Of a stretch of 64,000 nucleotides of DNA, positions 49,076 through 59,010 are shown one piece after another. Each line of letters begins with the position of its first letter. Position 1 is the stretch's first letter. The notes under the pieces are model-generated. The model did not search any database and was not told the DNA's origin. It saw only the letters and a program-made list of their open reading frames with translations. A program made the translations under genes and the position numbers. Where the stretch lies: assembly GCA_965205975.1 (NCBI GenBank), contig OZ242195.1, positions 2,368,001-2,432,000 of the forward strand, given 5' to 3'. Origin of the DNA: Candidatus Latescibacterota bacterium (lineage in GTDB: Bacteria; Latescibacterota; UBA2968).

Positions 49076-50401
49076 GTGATCGTCGATCTTCTCTACTTCT
49101 TTTTTGTCCTGGGCGTACTGGTTTTTGTTCACGAACTCGGGCATTTTTTAGTCGCTAAAAAATCGGGCATCCGGGTTGAAACCTTTTCACTTGGCTTTCC
49201 ACCCAAAGCGATAGGCGTGAAAATTGGCGAGACCGAATACTGCCTTTCGTGGTTGCCATTGGGCGGCTATGTGAAGATGGCCGGCATGGAAGATTTTGGT
49301 CACGAAGAGCGCAAGGGTAAGCCATGGGAATTTCAGGCGAAGCCGCGCTGGATACAAATGGCGGTGCTCATCGCTGGTCCAGCAATGAACTTTTTTCTTG
49401 GCTTTTTGCTATTGCTCACTCTGTATATGTCGGCGGGTGAATACGCATTCTTGGACGATTCGCGCGTGGGTGAAGTTAAGACAGACTCGCCCTTCTATAC
49501 AGCAGGCCTAAGACCGGGAGACCGCATTTTGACCGTTGGAAATACAGCGGTAAATGACTGGGAAGAAATGTCAGATGCGTTTCTCCTTCACGCCGGTGAT
49601 GTCGTGCCCGTTGAAATTGAACGCATCCCTACCTATCAAACAGATAGGACTGAGCGATTCACGATTTCTGTCGATTTGACCACCACCCCGCGCGAAGGAC
49701 TGGGACTGGGATATTATATGGCCACAGAGGTCGGAGCCATAATGCCCGGAATGCCAGCCGCAGAGATTGGCCTGCAACCAGGCGATGTAATTACATCGGT
49801 CAATGGTGTCCCGATGACGATGTGGTGGGAGATGAGCCGCGAGATATCTGCGAAACCTGGTGTGGAAATCTCATTGACCTGGCAGCGCAATGGCGAAGAG
49901 ATGACGGCGCAGATTATTCCCGCTTCTCAAACTTTTAATGGCGAGACCGTAGGGCGCATTGGAATTGATTGGGCTTCCAAACGCAATCCCATTCCCTTTT
50001 TTAAGGCCGTGCGCCGCAGTGCAACAGAAACCATCAATTTGTCAACAGCCATTTTTGGATTTGTCAAACGCCTGGTCACAGGACAAGAATCCAGCAAGAA
50101 TTTGGCTGGACCTGTTGGGATTTTCCAGCTGGTGGGCCAAAGTGCTGAGCACGGTTTCTCCTCTCTGCTGTGGTTTATGGCCATGCTAAGCATTAACCTG
50201 GGCGTGCTCAACTTGCTACCCATTCCCATGCTCGATGGCGGCCATCTCACCATTCTTGCGGTTGAAGGCATTATCCGCCGAGATTTATCTGCGCGACACA
50301 AAGCCTGGCTCCAGCAAGCCGGATTTGCATTTTTGCTCTTCCTGATTATTTATGTAACCTTCAACGATATCGGGCGCATTTCCGGATGGTTTGGAAACTA
50401 A
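49076..50401 (+). CDS. rseP: RIP metalloprotease RseP with PDZ domains
   Basis: HELGH, PLGGYV, AGP..N, NLLPIPMLDGG. Confidence 0.95.
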   Translation: MIVDLLYFFFVLGVLVFVHELGHFLVAKKSGIRVETFSLGFPPKAIGVKIGETEYCLSWLPLGGYVKMAGMEDFGHEERKGKPWEFQAKPRWIQMAVLIAGPAMNFFLGFLLLLTLYMSAGEYAFLDDSRVGEVKTDSPFYTAGLRPGDRILTVGNTAVNDWEEMSDAFLLHAGDVVPVEIERIPTYQTDRTERFTISVDLTTTPREGLGLGYYMATEVGAIMPGMPAAEIGLQPGDVITSVNGVPMTMWWEMSREISAKPGVEISLTWQRNGEEMTAQIIPASQTFNGETVGRIGIDWASKRNPIPFFKAVRRSATETINLSTAIFGFVKRLVTGQESSKNLAGPVGIFQLVGQSAEHGFSSLLWFMAMLSINLGVLNLLPIPMLDGGHLTILAVEGIIRRDLSARHKAWLQQAGFAFLLFLIIYVTFNDIGRISGWFGN

Positions 50402-50423
50402 AGCTCCAGCCCATCTGTTAGAT

Positions 50424-50457
50424 AAAATCCCCCACATTTTTTGCGGGGGATTTTTTT
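50424..50457. terminator. Bidirectional terminator
   Basis: AAAATCCCCC...GGGGGATTTT plus T-run. Confidence 0.75.
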
Positions 50458-50475
50458 ATCTGCAACCAACCCTCC

Positions 50476-50817
50476 TCACTTTTCATCTTTCTTTTTCGTC
50501 TTTTGAAATGCCCTCATCTCACGCTCTGATGCCTCGCCAAATCGCTGCTGGATCAGGGCAATGAGCGCATCCCATTTTTCGGGGTGATCCCGACGGTCTT
50601 TGAGAAATTTCTCAATATCGGCTTGTGTGATGCCATGGCGTTTGAGCAATTTTTTTCGTTCCACCAGTAGCGAGTCGGGCGTGTGTACATAACGGCGGTG
50701 AAGTTCCATAGCATCTGAAAATATCTCGATAAATTTCTTATCTGATAGCTTTGGCGATGGAGCGATTGCGCATCCAACCACACCGAGCAAAAGGCACCAG
50801 AGGAGCAGTTTTTTCAT
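50476..50817 (-). CDS. Small lipoprotein (DUF4296-like)
   Basis: MKKLLL..VVGC lipobox; LLKRHGIT...F....HPEKW. Confidence 0.6.
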   Translation of the reverse strand: MKKLLLWCLLLGVVGCAIAPSPKLSDKKFIEIFSDAMELHRRYVHTPDSLLVERKKLLKRHGITQADIEKFLKDRRDHPEKWDALIALIQQRFGEASEREMRAFQKTKKKDEK

Positions 50818-50958
50818 AATAGAGTTCCAGGGGAAATCGCACGGCGGCCCTGCCGTAACACCTTCAAAATATCCCGTAATAATACGTACATATAAATAAC
50901 TTATTTTTTCCATATAAAACAATTGACTTTTGAAACGCGAATTACTAAGTTAAGCCAA

Positions 50959-50988
50959 GTGGTATATTGTGGTGGATTGTGGTGGATT
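50959..50988 (+). promoter_or_regulatory. MraZ-binding repeats downstream of a sigma70 promoter
   Basis: Three GTGG-N6 repeats at 10-bp period (50959, 50969, 50979); TTGACT-17-TAAGTT at 50923-50951. Confidence 0.8.
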
Positions 50989-51045
50989 TGAATTTCTTGT
51001 ATATCATTTTGTAAAATAATAATTTATCTCTCTCAGGGTTCTCGG

Positions 51046-51495
51046 ATGTCCGATAACCGATCCACATTTTCTGGCGAATATGAAAATATCCCTATGGATG
51101 CTAAGGGTCGCTTAATCGTTCCCGCAAAATTACGGAACGCGTTGCCCAATGGTGTTGCGTCAATTTTCGTCACGCCGTGGTTTGATGGTTGTTTGGCTGC
51201 GTTTGACCCCGATGAATGGCGGCGAATCATTGATCAACTCCGCAACATGGGACACTCACAAGTCCAATCAAGACAATTAGTTAGAGCAATGGCAGGACGC
51301 GCATCTGAGGTAAATCTCGACCGCCAGGGGCGTGCATTGATCCCCAAAAAGCATCTGGATCTGATTGGTATTACAGATCGCGCAACGCTGGCAGGCGTTG
51401 TTGATCGTATTGAAATTTGGGATCCCGATAAGTATAACGAAGTTCAAAATGCCGTCAAGATGGAAGAGATAGCAGAATTATTAGAACGACAGTGA
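51046..51495 (+). CDS. mraZ: Transcriptional regulator MraZ
   Basis: DAKGR and DRQGR motifs, IEIW. Confidence 0.95.
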   Translation: MSDNRSTFSGEYENIPMDAKGRLIVPAKLRNALPNGVASIFVTPWFDGCLAAFDPDEWRRIIDQLRNMGHSQVQSRQLVRAMAGRASEVNLDRQGRALIPKKHLDLIGITDRATLAGVVDRIEIWDPDKYNEVQNAVKMEEIAELLERQ

Positions 51496-51569
51496 ATATT
51501 CCAAATTTTGGAATAAATATTTGGAATAAATATTCAAACACTCGTCAATCAAATTAAAAACAATAAGTT

Positions 51570-52544
51570 ATGCACCACAAGGCCCCAGAGTATCACATCC
51601 CGATTTTGGGGCCAGATGTGTCAAAATACCTCATAACCGATCCCAATGGAATTTATGTCGATGCCACCTTGGGTGGAGGTGGACACGCTGAAATTGTGCT
51701 CAAGCATCTGGGGCCTGATGGTAAATTGATCGGCATAGACCGCGATCCCAAAGCCATCGAAGTCGCGACAAAACGCCTGATCCCGTTTAAAAATCGCGTT
51801 TATACTGTACAAGCACCGTTTTGGAACCTCCGACATATTTTGGCAGAACAGGACCTTGCGACAATCACAGGCATTTTATTCGATCTGGGTCTTTCGTCTC
51901 ACCAGATTGACAATGCCGACCGGGGATTCAGTTTTCAACAGCGCGGTACACTTGATATGCGTATGGGACCCGATTCAAAATGCACGGCACACGAGGTGGT
52001 CAATTCGTATTCGCAGGAAGATTTGGCCCGCATCATCAAAACTTATGGTGAAGAACGCGCTGCTGCCCGCATCGCCCGAGCAATCTGTGAAAACAGACCA
52101 CTCAATTATACAGATGATCTGGCCGATGTAATTGCGCGGCACAGCTATGGGCCTCGAAAGCAAAAGACGCTTGCGCGGGTATTTCAAGCGATTCGCATTG
52201 AAGTGAACGATGAATTGACACATCTTGAAGACGCGCTCCAAACAGCTATTGATCTACTCAAACCCGGTGGGCGCATTGGCGTCTTGACTTACCATTCGCT
52301 GGAACACCGCGCTGTCAAACGGGTTTTTGAACTGGGTACGCGCGATTGTATTGGGCCTGTTAATCTGCCCATATGTGCCTGTGATCGCCTGTCCGTATTG
52401 ACCTTGCCGGGAAAGCGAGCCATTCGACCAAATCGGGCGGAAATCGCCCAAAATCCACGGGCACGCAGCGCAACACTTCGCGTGGCGCAACGCCTCGGTG
52501 TTTCCGCTCAGCCCTGGTTATGCCATCGAGGTCCTCTGTCGTGA
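51570..52544 (+). CDS. rsmH: 16S rRNA m4C1402 methyltransferase
   Basis: DATLGGGGH, DLGLSS.Q, RGFSF, LDMRM, FQAIRIEVN, NPRARSA. Confidence 0.95.
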   Translation: MHHKAPEYHIPILGPDVSKYLITDPNGIYVDATLGGGGHAEIVLKHLGPDGKLIGIDRDPKAIEVATKRLIPFKNRVYTVQAPFWNLRHILAEQDLATITGILFDLGLSSHQIDNADRGFSFQQRGTLDMRMGPDSKCTAHEVVNSYSQEDLARIIKTYGEERAAARIARAICENRPLNYTDDLADVIARHSYGPRKQKTLARVFQAIRIEVNDELTHLEDALQTAIDLLKPGGRIGVLTYHSLEHRAVKRVFELGTRDCIGPVNLPICACDRLSVLTLPGKRAIRPNRAEIAQNPRARSATLRVAQRLGVSAQPWLCHRGPLS

Positions 52545-52834
52545 CTTCAGAACCGCGCCCGCCCTGGGGAATTTATCGCTCTGGTTTTTTATCGGTTATT
52601 CTTCTCGTTTCGGGATTGCTGATTTATATGTGGGGACATGTGGAAACCCTGAATCAGGGGCGTGAAATTGATCGGCTGCGTGCAGAGAAAAAAAACCTCT
52701 TGCACCAGCAAGAACGACTCCTGGCACGTACAGCGAGTTTGAAGCAGAGCAGTCGCATTCGCGATATTGCCGTTCGAAAATTGGGCATGGTGTTTCCAAG
52801 TGATCCACCAAAAAATTTGTACTTGAGTCGGTAA
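52541..52834 (+). CDS. ftsL: Cell division protein FtsL
   Basis: TM helix, coiled coil, RI..IA..KLGM; between rsmH and ftsI; GTGA overlap (start uncertain). Confidence 0.85.
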   Translation: MTSEPRPPWGIYRSGFLSVILLVSGLLIYMWGHVETLNQGREIDRLRAEKKNLLHQQERLLARTASLKQSSRIRDIAVRKLGMVFPSDPPKNLYLSR

Positions 52835-54912
52835 TGAATATTCGCTTAAGAATAATCGCGCTTTTCGGTATAGGATTCGCGCTACTTTTGGCGTTTCGGC
52901 TGGTTTCTCTACAGGTCTGGTCTGTAGAGGCGTACACTGACCAGGCGCGCAGTCAGCATGTCAAGAAGCGGGTTTTGCTCGCAGAGAGAGGGCGCATTTT
53001 TGACCGACGCGGCCGGGTGCTGGCGACAAATCTCGAATCCCAATCGTTCTTTCTCAACCAAATATCTGATAGAGACAGCCTGCGTTCGCTCGCCATTCGA
53101 TTCTCTCGACAATCTGGGCGCGATGAAGCAGCTCTCCTGAAGAAGGTTGATCAATCGCGCTCCTTCGTATGGCTCGCCCGTCAAGTCATTGATGCACCTA
53201 CCGGATTGCCAGAAAGTATCGGACGCATTGTCGAGATGCGACGCAATTATCCCATGGGGGCTCTGGCGGGTCAGGTATTGGGATACACCGATACCGATGG
53301 CCTGGGAATTGAAGGCATTGAACGCGCTTTTGATCCAATCTTGAGAGGTGAACCAGGTGAGTTATCCGCACGCGTTGATGCGAGAGGTCAAATGCTCAGC
53401 ACACTCGGTGCAGTTCGGCAGATGCCTAAAAATGGCGATGATATCACCCTCACCATCGATGCCGATTATCAGGCTATTGCAGAAGAAGAGTTGCTAAAAG
53501 GCATGCAGAAATTCGATGCTAAAAGCGGCATTGCTATTGTGATGGAACCCCATACGGGCGAAATTTTAGCACTGGCAAACGCACCCTTTTACGATCCAAA
53601 TGATTTTTCAAAATCAGAACTCTGGATACGGCGCAATCGGGCAGCGACCGATCAGTTCGAGCCGGGATCTACCTTTAAGGTTGTAGCATTTGCCGCCGCG
53701 CTCGAAGCCGGTTTGGTTGAGCCAGAAGATAAAATTTTCTGTGAAAATGGCAGAATGCGTATCGCTGGCGGCAAAATACTTCGAGACTCACATCCCGAAG
53801 GCTGGCTGACCGTGCGAGAAGTAATGGAAGAATCGAGCAATATTGGTACGGCTAAAATCGCGCGTAAAGTGGAAAAAGGTCCCTTATATCGCCAGATGCG
53901 CTTATTTGGCTTTGGCGCAAAAACAGGTGTGGATTTGCCGGGCGAAGTCAGCGGTCAACTTCGCCATCCAGATAAATGGTCGGCACGATCATTGGAAACC
54001 CTTTCCATTGGGCAGGAGATCGCAGTGACCACCCTCCAGGTCGCCGCTGCTTATAGCGCGATTGCCAATGGGGGACGATTGATGACACCGCGTATTTTCT
54101 TAAGAGCTTCTCGCAAAGACTCCACAACGGAAGAAGGATCGCGCAGACCTATTCGACGGGTAATATCGCCCGAAACAGCGCGTACTCTTACCAGTTTTCT
54201 CGAGGGCGTTGTCAGTCATGGTACCGGTAAAAATGCGCGCATACTCGGTTTCCGTGTTGCGGGAAAAACCGGAACAGCGCAGCAAGTGAAAGAAGGGCAA
54301 CCCGGATACGACCCCAATCGCTACATTCCGTCTTTTGTGGGTTTTTTGCCTGTCGAACGCCCCGAACTTCTGTGTCTGGTAGCCATAGATAGTCCTAAAA
54401 GGATCAACTGGGCAAGTCAGGTTGCCGCGCCTGTTTTTAAGCGTATTGTGCAGCGAATTTTGAGCCTGCGACAAGCTCCTCTGCGCCACAGCGCGCCCCT
54501 GCTCGATGAACAGCCGCCTCCGCCTCCACGTGCCGACATTCATCTGGTGGGTCTTTCGCGGAAAGCTGCAACAGATGCTCTGAAACGTCTGGGAATGACC
54601 TATCAAATTGCGGGCGAGGGAGACCGCGTTGTTGGACAGCATATCGACATTGAAGAAAATAATGTCTCGTTGTTTTTAGGTTCTGCGCCTATTGCCACTC
54701 CCGATTACCGCACAGAGGCCAAAGGTTCAGACTCGCTTTACATGCCCGATGTGCGCGGAGCACCCGTGCGGCAGGCGGTTGCACAATTGACACAACTGGG
54801 GTTTCAGATCAAAATTTCGGGTAGTGGGCGGGTAATCGCGCAGTCGCCCGAACCGGGTGTACCCGTAAAACCGGGAATATTATGTACGGTCGAATGTAAA
54901 CGAGAAAGCTGA
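52834..54912 (+). CDS. ftsI: Class B penicillin-binding protein with PASTA domains
   Basis: RGRIFDR, R.YP, EPGSTFK (SxxK), SSN, KTGT. Confidence 0.93.
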   Translation: MNIRLRIIALFGIGFALLLAFRLVSLQVWSVEAYTDQARSQHVKKRVLLAERGRIFDRRGRVLATNLESQSFFLNQISDRDSLRSLAIRFSRQSGRDEAALLKKVDQSRSFVWLARQVIDAPTGLPESIGRIVEMRRNYPMGALAGQVLGYTDTDGLGIEGIERAFDPILRGEPGELSARVDARGQMLSTLGAVRQMPKNGDDITLTIDADYQAIAEEELLKGMQKFDAKSGIAIVMEPHTGEILALANAPFYDPNDFSKSELWIRRNRAATDQFEPGSTFKVVAFAAALEAGLVEPEDKIFCENGRMRIAGGKILRDSHPEGWLTVREVMEESSNIGTAKIARKVEKGPLYRQMRLFGFGAKTGVDLPGEVSGQLRHPDKWSARSLETLSIGQEIAVTTLQVAAAYSAIANGGRLMTPRIFLRASRKDSTTEEGSRRPIRRVISPETARTLTSFLEGVVSHGTGKNARILGFRVAGKTGTAQQVKEGQPGYDPNRYIPSFVGFLPVERPELLCLVAIDSPKRINWASQVAAPVFKRIVQRILSLRQAPLRHSAPLLDEQPPPPPRADIHLVGLSRKAATDALKRLGMTYQIAGEGDRVVGQHIDIEENNVSLFLGSAPIATPDYRTEAKGSDSLYMPDVRGAPVRQAVAQLTQLGFQIKISGSGRVIAQSPEPGVPVKPGILCTVECKRES

Positions 54913-54915
54913 GAT

Positions 54916-56370
54916 ATGCGCCTGAGAGAACTGATATCCGACGTGCCAGATGTCGTGAGGACGAGCGGAAATAATCCCGATATTGGGGGTATTGCAACCC
55001 ATTCGGGACGCATCAAAGAAGGTGATGTATTTGTCGCACTCAGTGGCGATGGCAGCATTCCAGATCGACATCCATTTATTTTTCAGGCGGTTCAGGCAGG
55101 TGCTCAAGCCGTTGTTGCCGAACGCGATGTCGATGTAGGAGATACGCCCTTTGTTCAAACGACCAACACGCACCGCGCACTTGCATATATTGCCCACCGC
55201 TTTTACAACAAGCCGAGTAAACAGTTGAAAATGATTGGTGTTACGGGCACTAATGGCAAAACATCGACCGTTTATCTTATCCGCGCGGTGCTTGATGCGG
55301 CTGGTTTGGCACCGGGTTTGATTGGAACTATTGAGCACGACCTCGGCATAACACGCGAAATATCGCATAATTCTACGCCGCAGGCTCACGACTTACACCG
55401 CATGTTTCGCGCTATGGTCGATGCGAGTTGCCAGTCAGCCGTGATGGAAGTGACCTCACACGGGCTGGCGCAAAACCGCGTGTTGGGCATTGATTACGAA
55501 GTTGCAGTATTTACCAACTTGACGCGCGATCATCTGGATTATCACAATACACCTGGCGCCTATTTGGCTGCCAAGGCACGGCTCTTTGACAATCTCAGAT
55601 CGGATGCTTATGCAGTCGTCAATACAGACGACGCGGCATCGAAAATATTGATGCAAAAATGTTCGGCACACTTGTTGAGCTATGGCCGCGCAGAAGGTGC
55701 GACAGTGCGCATTTTAGAGGGTAGCACTTCGCAAGGCGGTACGCGACTTTGCTTGCAAACACCGCGGGGAAAAATAGATCTGGAACTGGCACTTCAAGGT
55801 GATTTTCAATTATACAATGCCACTGCGGCTGTCACTGCTGGCCTCGCATTAGAGGTCGAACCTGATATCATTGCAGGGGCTTTGCGTGAGATTCGAATTC
55901 CCGGTCGTTTTGAAGGCATTGATTGCGGACAAAATTTTGGGGTATTTGTCGATTATGCACACGCCCCAGATGGGCTGAAAAATGTGCTTCAAACCGCACG
56001 CGCATTTGCCCGCGGGCAATTGATTTGCGTATTTGGATGCGGTGGGGATCGCGATAGGGGCAAGCGACCTGTGATGGGCGACTTGTCTGCAAAGTTGGCC
56101 GATCTATCTGTAGTGACATCAGATAATCCACGCACCGAAGACCCGGATGCCATCATTGCCGATATTTTGCCCGGTCTGGGCGATGCTCCGCACATCGTTG
56201 AACCCAATCGCCGGCGGGCAATCGAAAAAGCCATTGCAAAAGCGCGGGCAGGCGACCTCGTACTCATTGCGGGTAAGGGGCACGAAAATTATCAGGAAAT
56301 CAATGGGATTAAAGCCCCTTTTGACGATCGGGAAGTTGCACGGGAAATACTCAAGTGCAAAGTGGGGTGA
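54916..56370 (+). CDS. murE: UDP-MurNAc-tripeptide synthetase (meso-DAP type)
   Basis: GVTGTNGKTS, DHLDYH, VDYAH, GCGGDRD, DNPR, AGKGHE. Confidence 0.95.
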   Translation: MRLRELISDVPDVVRTSGNNPDIGGIATHSGRIKEGDVFVALSGDGSIPDRHPFIFQAVQAGAQAVVAERDVDVGDTPFVQTTNTHRALAYIAHRFYNKPSKQLKMIGVTGTNGKTSTVYLIRAVLDAAGLAPGLIGTIEHDLGITREISHNSTPQAHDLHRMFRAMVDASCQSAVMEVTSHGLAQNRVLGIDYEVAVFTNLTRDHLDYHNTPGAYLAAKARLFDNLRSDAYAVVNTDDAASKILMQKCSAHLLSYGRAEGATVRILEGSTSQGGTRLCLQTPRGKIDLELALQGDFQLYNATAAVTAGLALEVEPDIIAGALREIRIPGRFEGIDCGQNFGVFVDYAHAPDGLKNVLQTARAFARGQLICVFGCGGDRDRGKRPVMGDLSAKLADLSVVTSDNPRTEDPDAIIADILPGLGDAPHIVEPNRRRAIEKAIAKARAGDLVLIAGKGHENYQEINGIKAPFDDREVAREILKCKVG

Positions 56371-57752
56371 TGGGTTATATGGAAGGGCTAACACTATCAG
56401 ATGTAATTGAATCGACCCATGGTCATTGGATTGGAAAGAATGATCCTTCCGCTATTGTGCCAACAGGGGTCAGTATTGATACAAGGACGCTCAAACCGGG
56501 CGAAATTTTCTTTGCATTGCCCGGGGAAAAGGTCGATGGTCACCAGTTTTTGGACGCTGCATTTGCCAGAGGAGCCTGTGCTGCGGTAGTCACAAGGTCT
56601 GGTGCTCGGGAATCGCGGCAATCAGAACTGTTGATCGCTGTCGATGCTCCCGATTTGGCCCTGGGCGATCTGGCCCGATCTTATCGCAGGCGTTTCGACA
56701 TTCCCGTTATTGGTATTACGGGTAGCAGTGGCAAAACGACAACTAAAGATATGGTCGCTGCTGTTTTGAGTACGCGGTATCGGGTTTTGGCGACAAAGGG
56801 AAATCTCAATAGCAGACTGGGGGTACCGCTCACCTTATTCAACCTGTCGGCACATTGCGATGTCGCAGTTATTGAAATGGGCATTAGCGAACGCGATGGC
56901 ATGTACTATCTGTGCAAAATTGCTCAACCGACCATCGGCATGATAACCAATATCGGACCAGCACATATCGAGTTTTTCGGCTCTGTAGAGGGTGTGGCAA
57001 AAGCCAAAGGGGAACTTCTGGAATATCTAGACGAGTCTTCTATGACTATCTTGAATCTCGATGACCTGTTTTTGTCCAAGGAGCAAGCAAAAGTTAAGGG
57101 GAGACTCCTGGGCATTGGCATCGAACGGATATGTCAATTTCGTGGGGAGGGACTCAAACTAGATCAGAAGGGTTTTGGTCATTTCTCTCTACAGGGCCAT
57201 TATTTTCACCTGTCAATTCCGGGCAAGCATAATGTGTATAACGCGCTGATGGCCGCAACGGCAGGTTGGGCACTCAATGTGCCCCTACAAGATGCGGCAA
57301 AAGCACTTGAAAATTTCACGTTGACCGAATTGAGAAGTCAGGTGCTGGAACACAATGAGATTCGCATGATCAACGACACTTACAACGCCAATCCCGCATC
57401 GATGCGGGCGGCGCTTGAGACCCTATCGCAAATTGAGGTGGATGGTCGGCGGATTGCAGTAGTGGGGGATATGCGCGAATTGGGAGCAATGACCTACGAC
57501 GCACATCGGGAATTGGGACGAGAAGTGGGCAATCGACAAATTGACGCACTCTTCGCGCTGGGCGACCTGGCGGAGGTGGTCGTTGAAGGGGGGCGCGAAG
57601 CAGGTATAGATCAGGCGTGGGCTTATGCAGACCGAGATGCGTTAACCGGAGCATTGCAGGCTTATTTGAAACCTGGAGACTTGATGCTCATCAAGGGATC
57701 ACGCGGCATTGCAATGGAAAGAATAGTTACAGCACTGGGATTTGAAATGTAA
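56370..57752 (+). CDS. murF: UDP-MurNAc-pentapeptide synthetase
   Basis: ITGSSGKTTTK, EMG, NDTYNANP, GDMRELG, KGSRG. Confidence 0.95.
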   Translation: MGYMEGLTLSDVIESTHGHWIGKNDPSAIVPTGVSIDTRTLKPGEIFFALPGEKVDGHQFLDAAFARGACAAVVTRSGARESRQSELLIAVDAPDLALGDLARSYRRRFDIPVIGITGSSGKTTTKDMVAAVLSTRYRVLATKGNLNSRLGVPLTLFNLSAHCDVAVIEMGISERDGMYYLCKIAQPTIGMITNIGPAHIEFFGSVEGVAKAKGELLEYLDESSMTILNLDDLFLSKEQAKVKGRLLGIGIERICQFRGEGLKLDQKGFGHFSLQGHYFHLSIPGKHNVYNALMAATAGWALNVPLQDAAKALENFTLTELRSQVLEHNEIRMINDTYNANPASMRAALETLSQIEVDGRRIAVVGDMRELGAMTYDAHRELGREVGNRQIDALFALGDLAEVVVEGGREAGIDQAWAYADRDALTGALQAYLKPGDLMLIKGSRGIAMERIVTALGFEM

Positions 57753-57804
57753 TTAAGGCACGAAGATGGGGTGGTCTGCTCATCCCTTATCTCTTACGTT
57801 TTTT

Positions 57805-59010
57805 ATGACACTGACAAACGAACAAAGAGATGATCGAACCTGGATTCTATTGCTGCTCATTGTGGTCATGCTGGTGGGCTTTGGTACAGTAATAGTGTAT
57901 AGTGCCAGTTCTGGATTGGCACAACTACAATTTGACAACAGCAATTTTTTTCTCAACCGCTGGGCCATTCGCATGGCCATCAGTTTGGTTGTGATGGTTC
58001 TGCTGATTCACATAGACTATCGCGTCTGGCGCAAAAAGGCGCGTTTGATGCTGGCGATAGCTTTTGCTTTTTTACTCGTGTTGCTCATCCTCAAGCTATT
58101 TGGCATTGGCGGGGTGCGAGGTGCGTATCGCTGGATACCATTGCCAGGTGGGCAATTTCAACCCGCCGACATGATGCGCGTGGTGCTGGTGCTTTACCTG
58201 GCCGATTCCCTGACGCGCCGCCAGGATGTAATTGAAGGTTTCAAATCGGGCTTTTTGCCACATGTAGTGGTAATCGGCACAGCAATGGTGATGATTTTGA
58301 TGCAACCCGATTTGGGTACGGCGATGGCAATTGGCGTGACATGTGCATTGATGCTCTATCTGGGCGGGGTGCGGTTGCGACACCTCATGGCGATATTCGC
58401 AGGTCTTTTGCCTATTCTGTATGTGATTGTTTTTGTTTTTGGGTATCGCCGCGAGCGTGTAATGACGTTTATATTTCCCAGCGACGATGTGCAAAATACG
58501 GGATATCAGATCGCGCAATCCCTTCTCGCCCTGGGCAGTGGTGGATTTTGGGGCACGGGCCTGGGGCAGGGCCAGCAAAAATATTTCTTTTTGCCTGAGC
58601 CCCATACCGATTTTGTATTTAGCATTGTTGGAGAAGAACTCGGTTTGTGGGGCACCCTGCTCGTTTTAATTTTATTTTTAATTTTTGGTCGGTGCGGATT
58701 TCGCATTGCCCGCACAGCCCCTGATACCTTTGGTTTTTTATTCGCTTCTGGCACTACCATTATGATTCTGACTTACGCTCTGATCAACATGGGTGTGGCT
58801 ACCGGATTGCTGCCTGTCACGGGACTTCCCCTTCCCTTTATCAGCTATGGTGGTTCATCCTTGATGTTTACACTCTCCGCGACAGGTGTGCTCATTGGCA
58901 TTGGACGGGCGAGTACTCGAAACAAAACCCGTCACTCACCTGCTGCATCGCAAACCAGTCCCCGGCACGCGATGTACAGACGACACCACCTCATCACTCC
59001 CCGACGTTGA
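57805..59010 (+). CDS. ftsW: SEDS peptidoglycan polymerase FtsW
   Basis: VYSAS, GAYRWI, QPD.GT, GYQ..QS, LPEPHTDF, LPFISYGGSS. Confidence 0.95.
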   Translation: MTLTNEQRDDRTWILLLLIVVMLVGFGTVIVYSASSGLAQLQFDNSNFFLNRWAIRMAISLVVMVLLIHIDYRVWRKKARLMLAIAFAFLLVLLILKLFGIGGVRGAYRWIPLPGGQFQPADMMRVVLVLYLADSLTRRQDVIEGFKSGFLPHVVVIGTAMVMILMQPDLGTAMAIGVTCALMLYLGGVRLRHLMAIFAGLLPILYVIVFVFGYRRERVMTFIFPSDDVQNTGYQIAQSLLALGSGGFWGTGLGQGQQKYFFLPEPHTDFVFSIVGEELGLWGTLLVLILFLIFGRCGFRIARTAPDTFGFLFASGTTIMILTYALINMGVATGLLPVTGLPLPFISYGGSSLMFTLSATGVLIGIGRASTRNKTRHSPAASQTSPRHAMYRRHHLITPRR

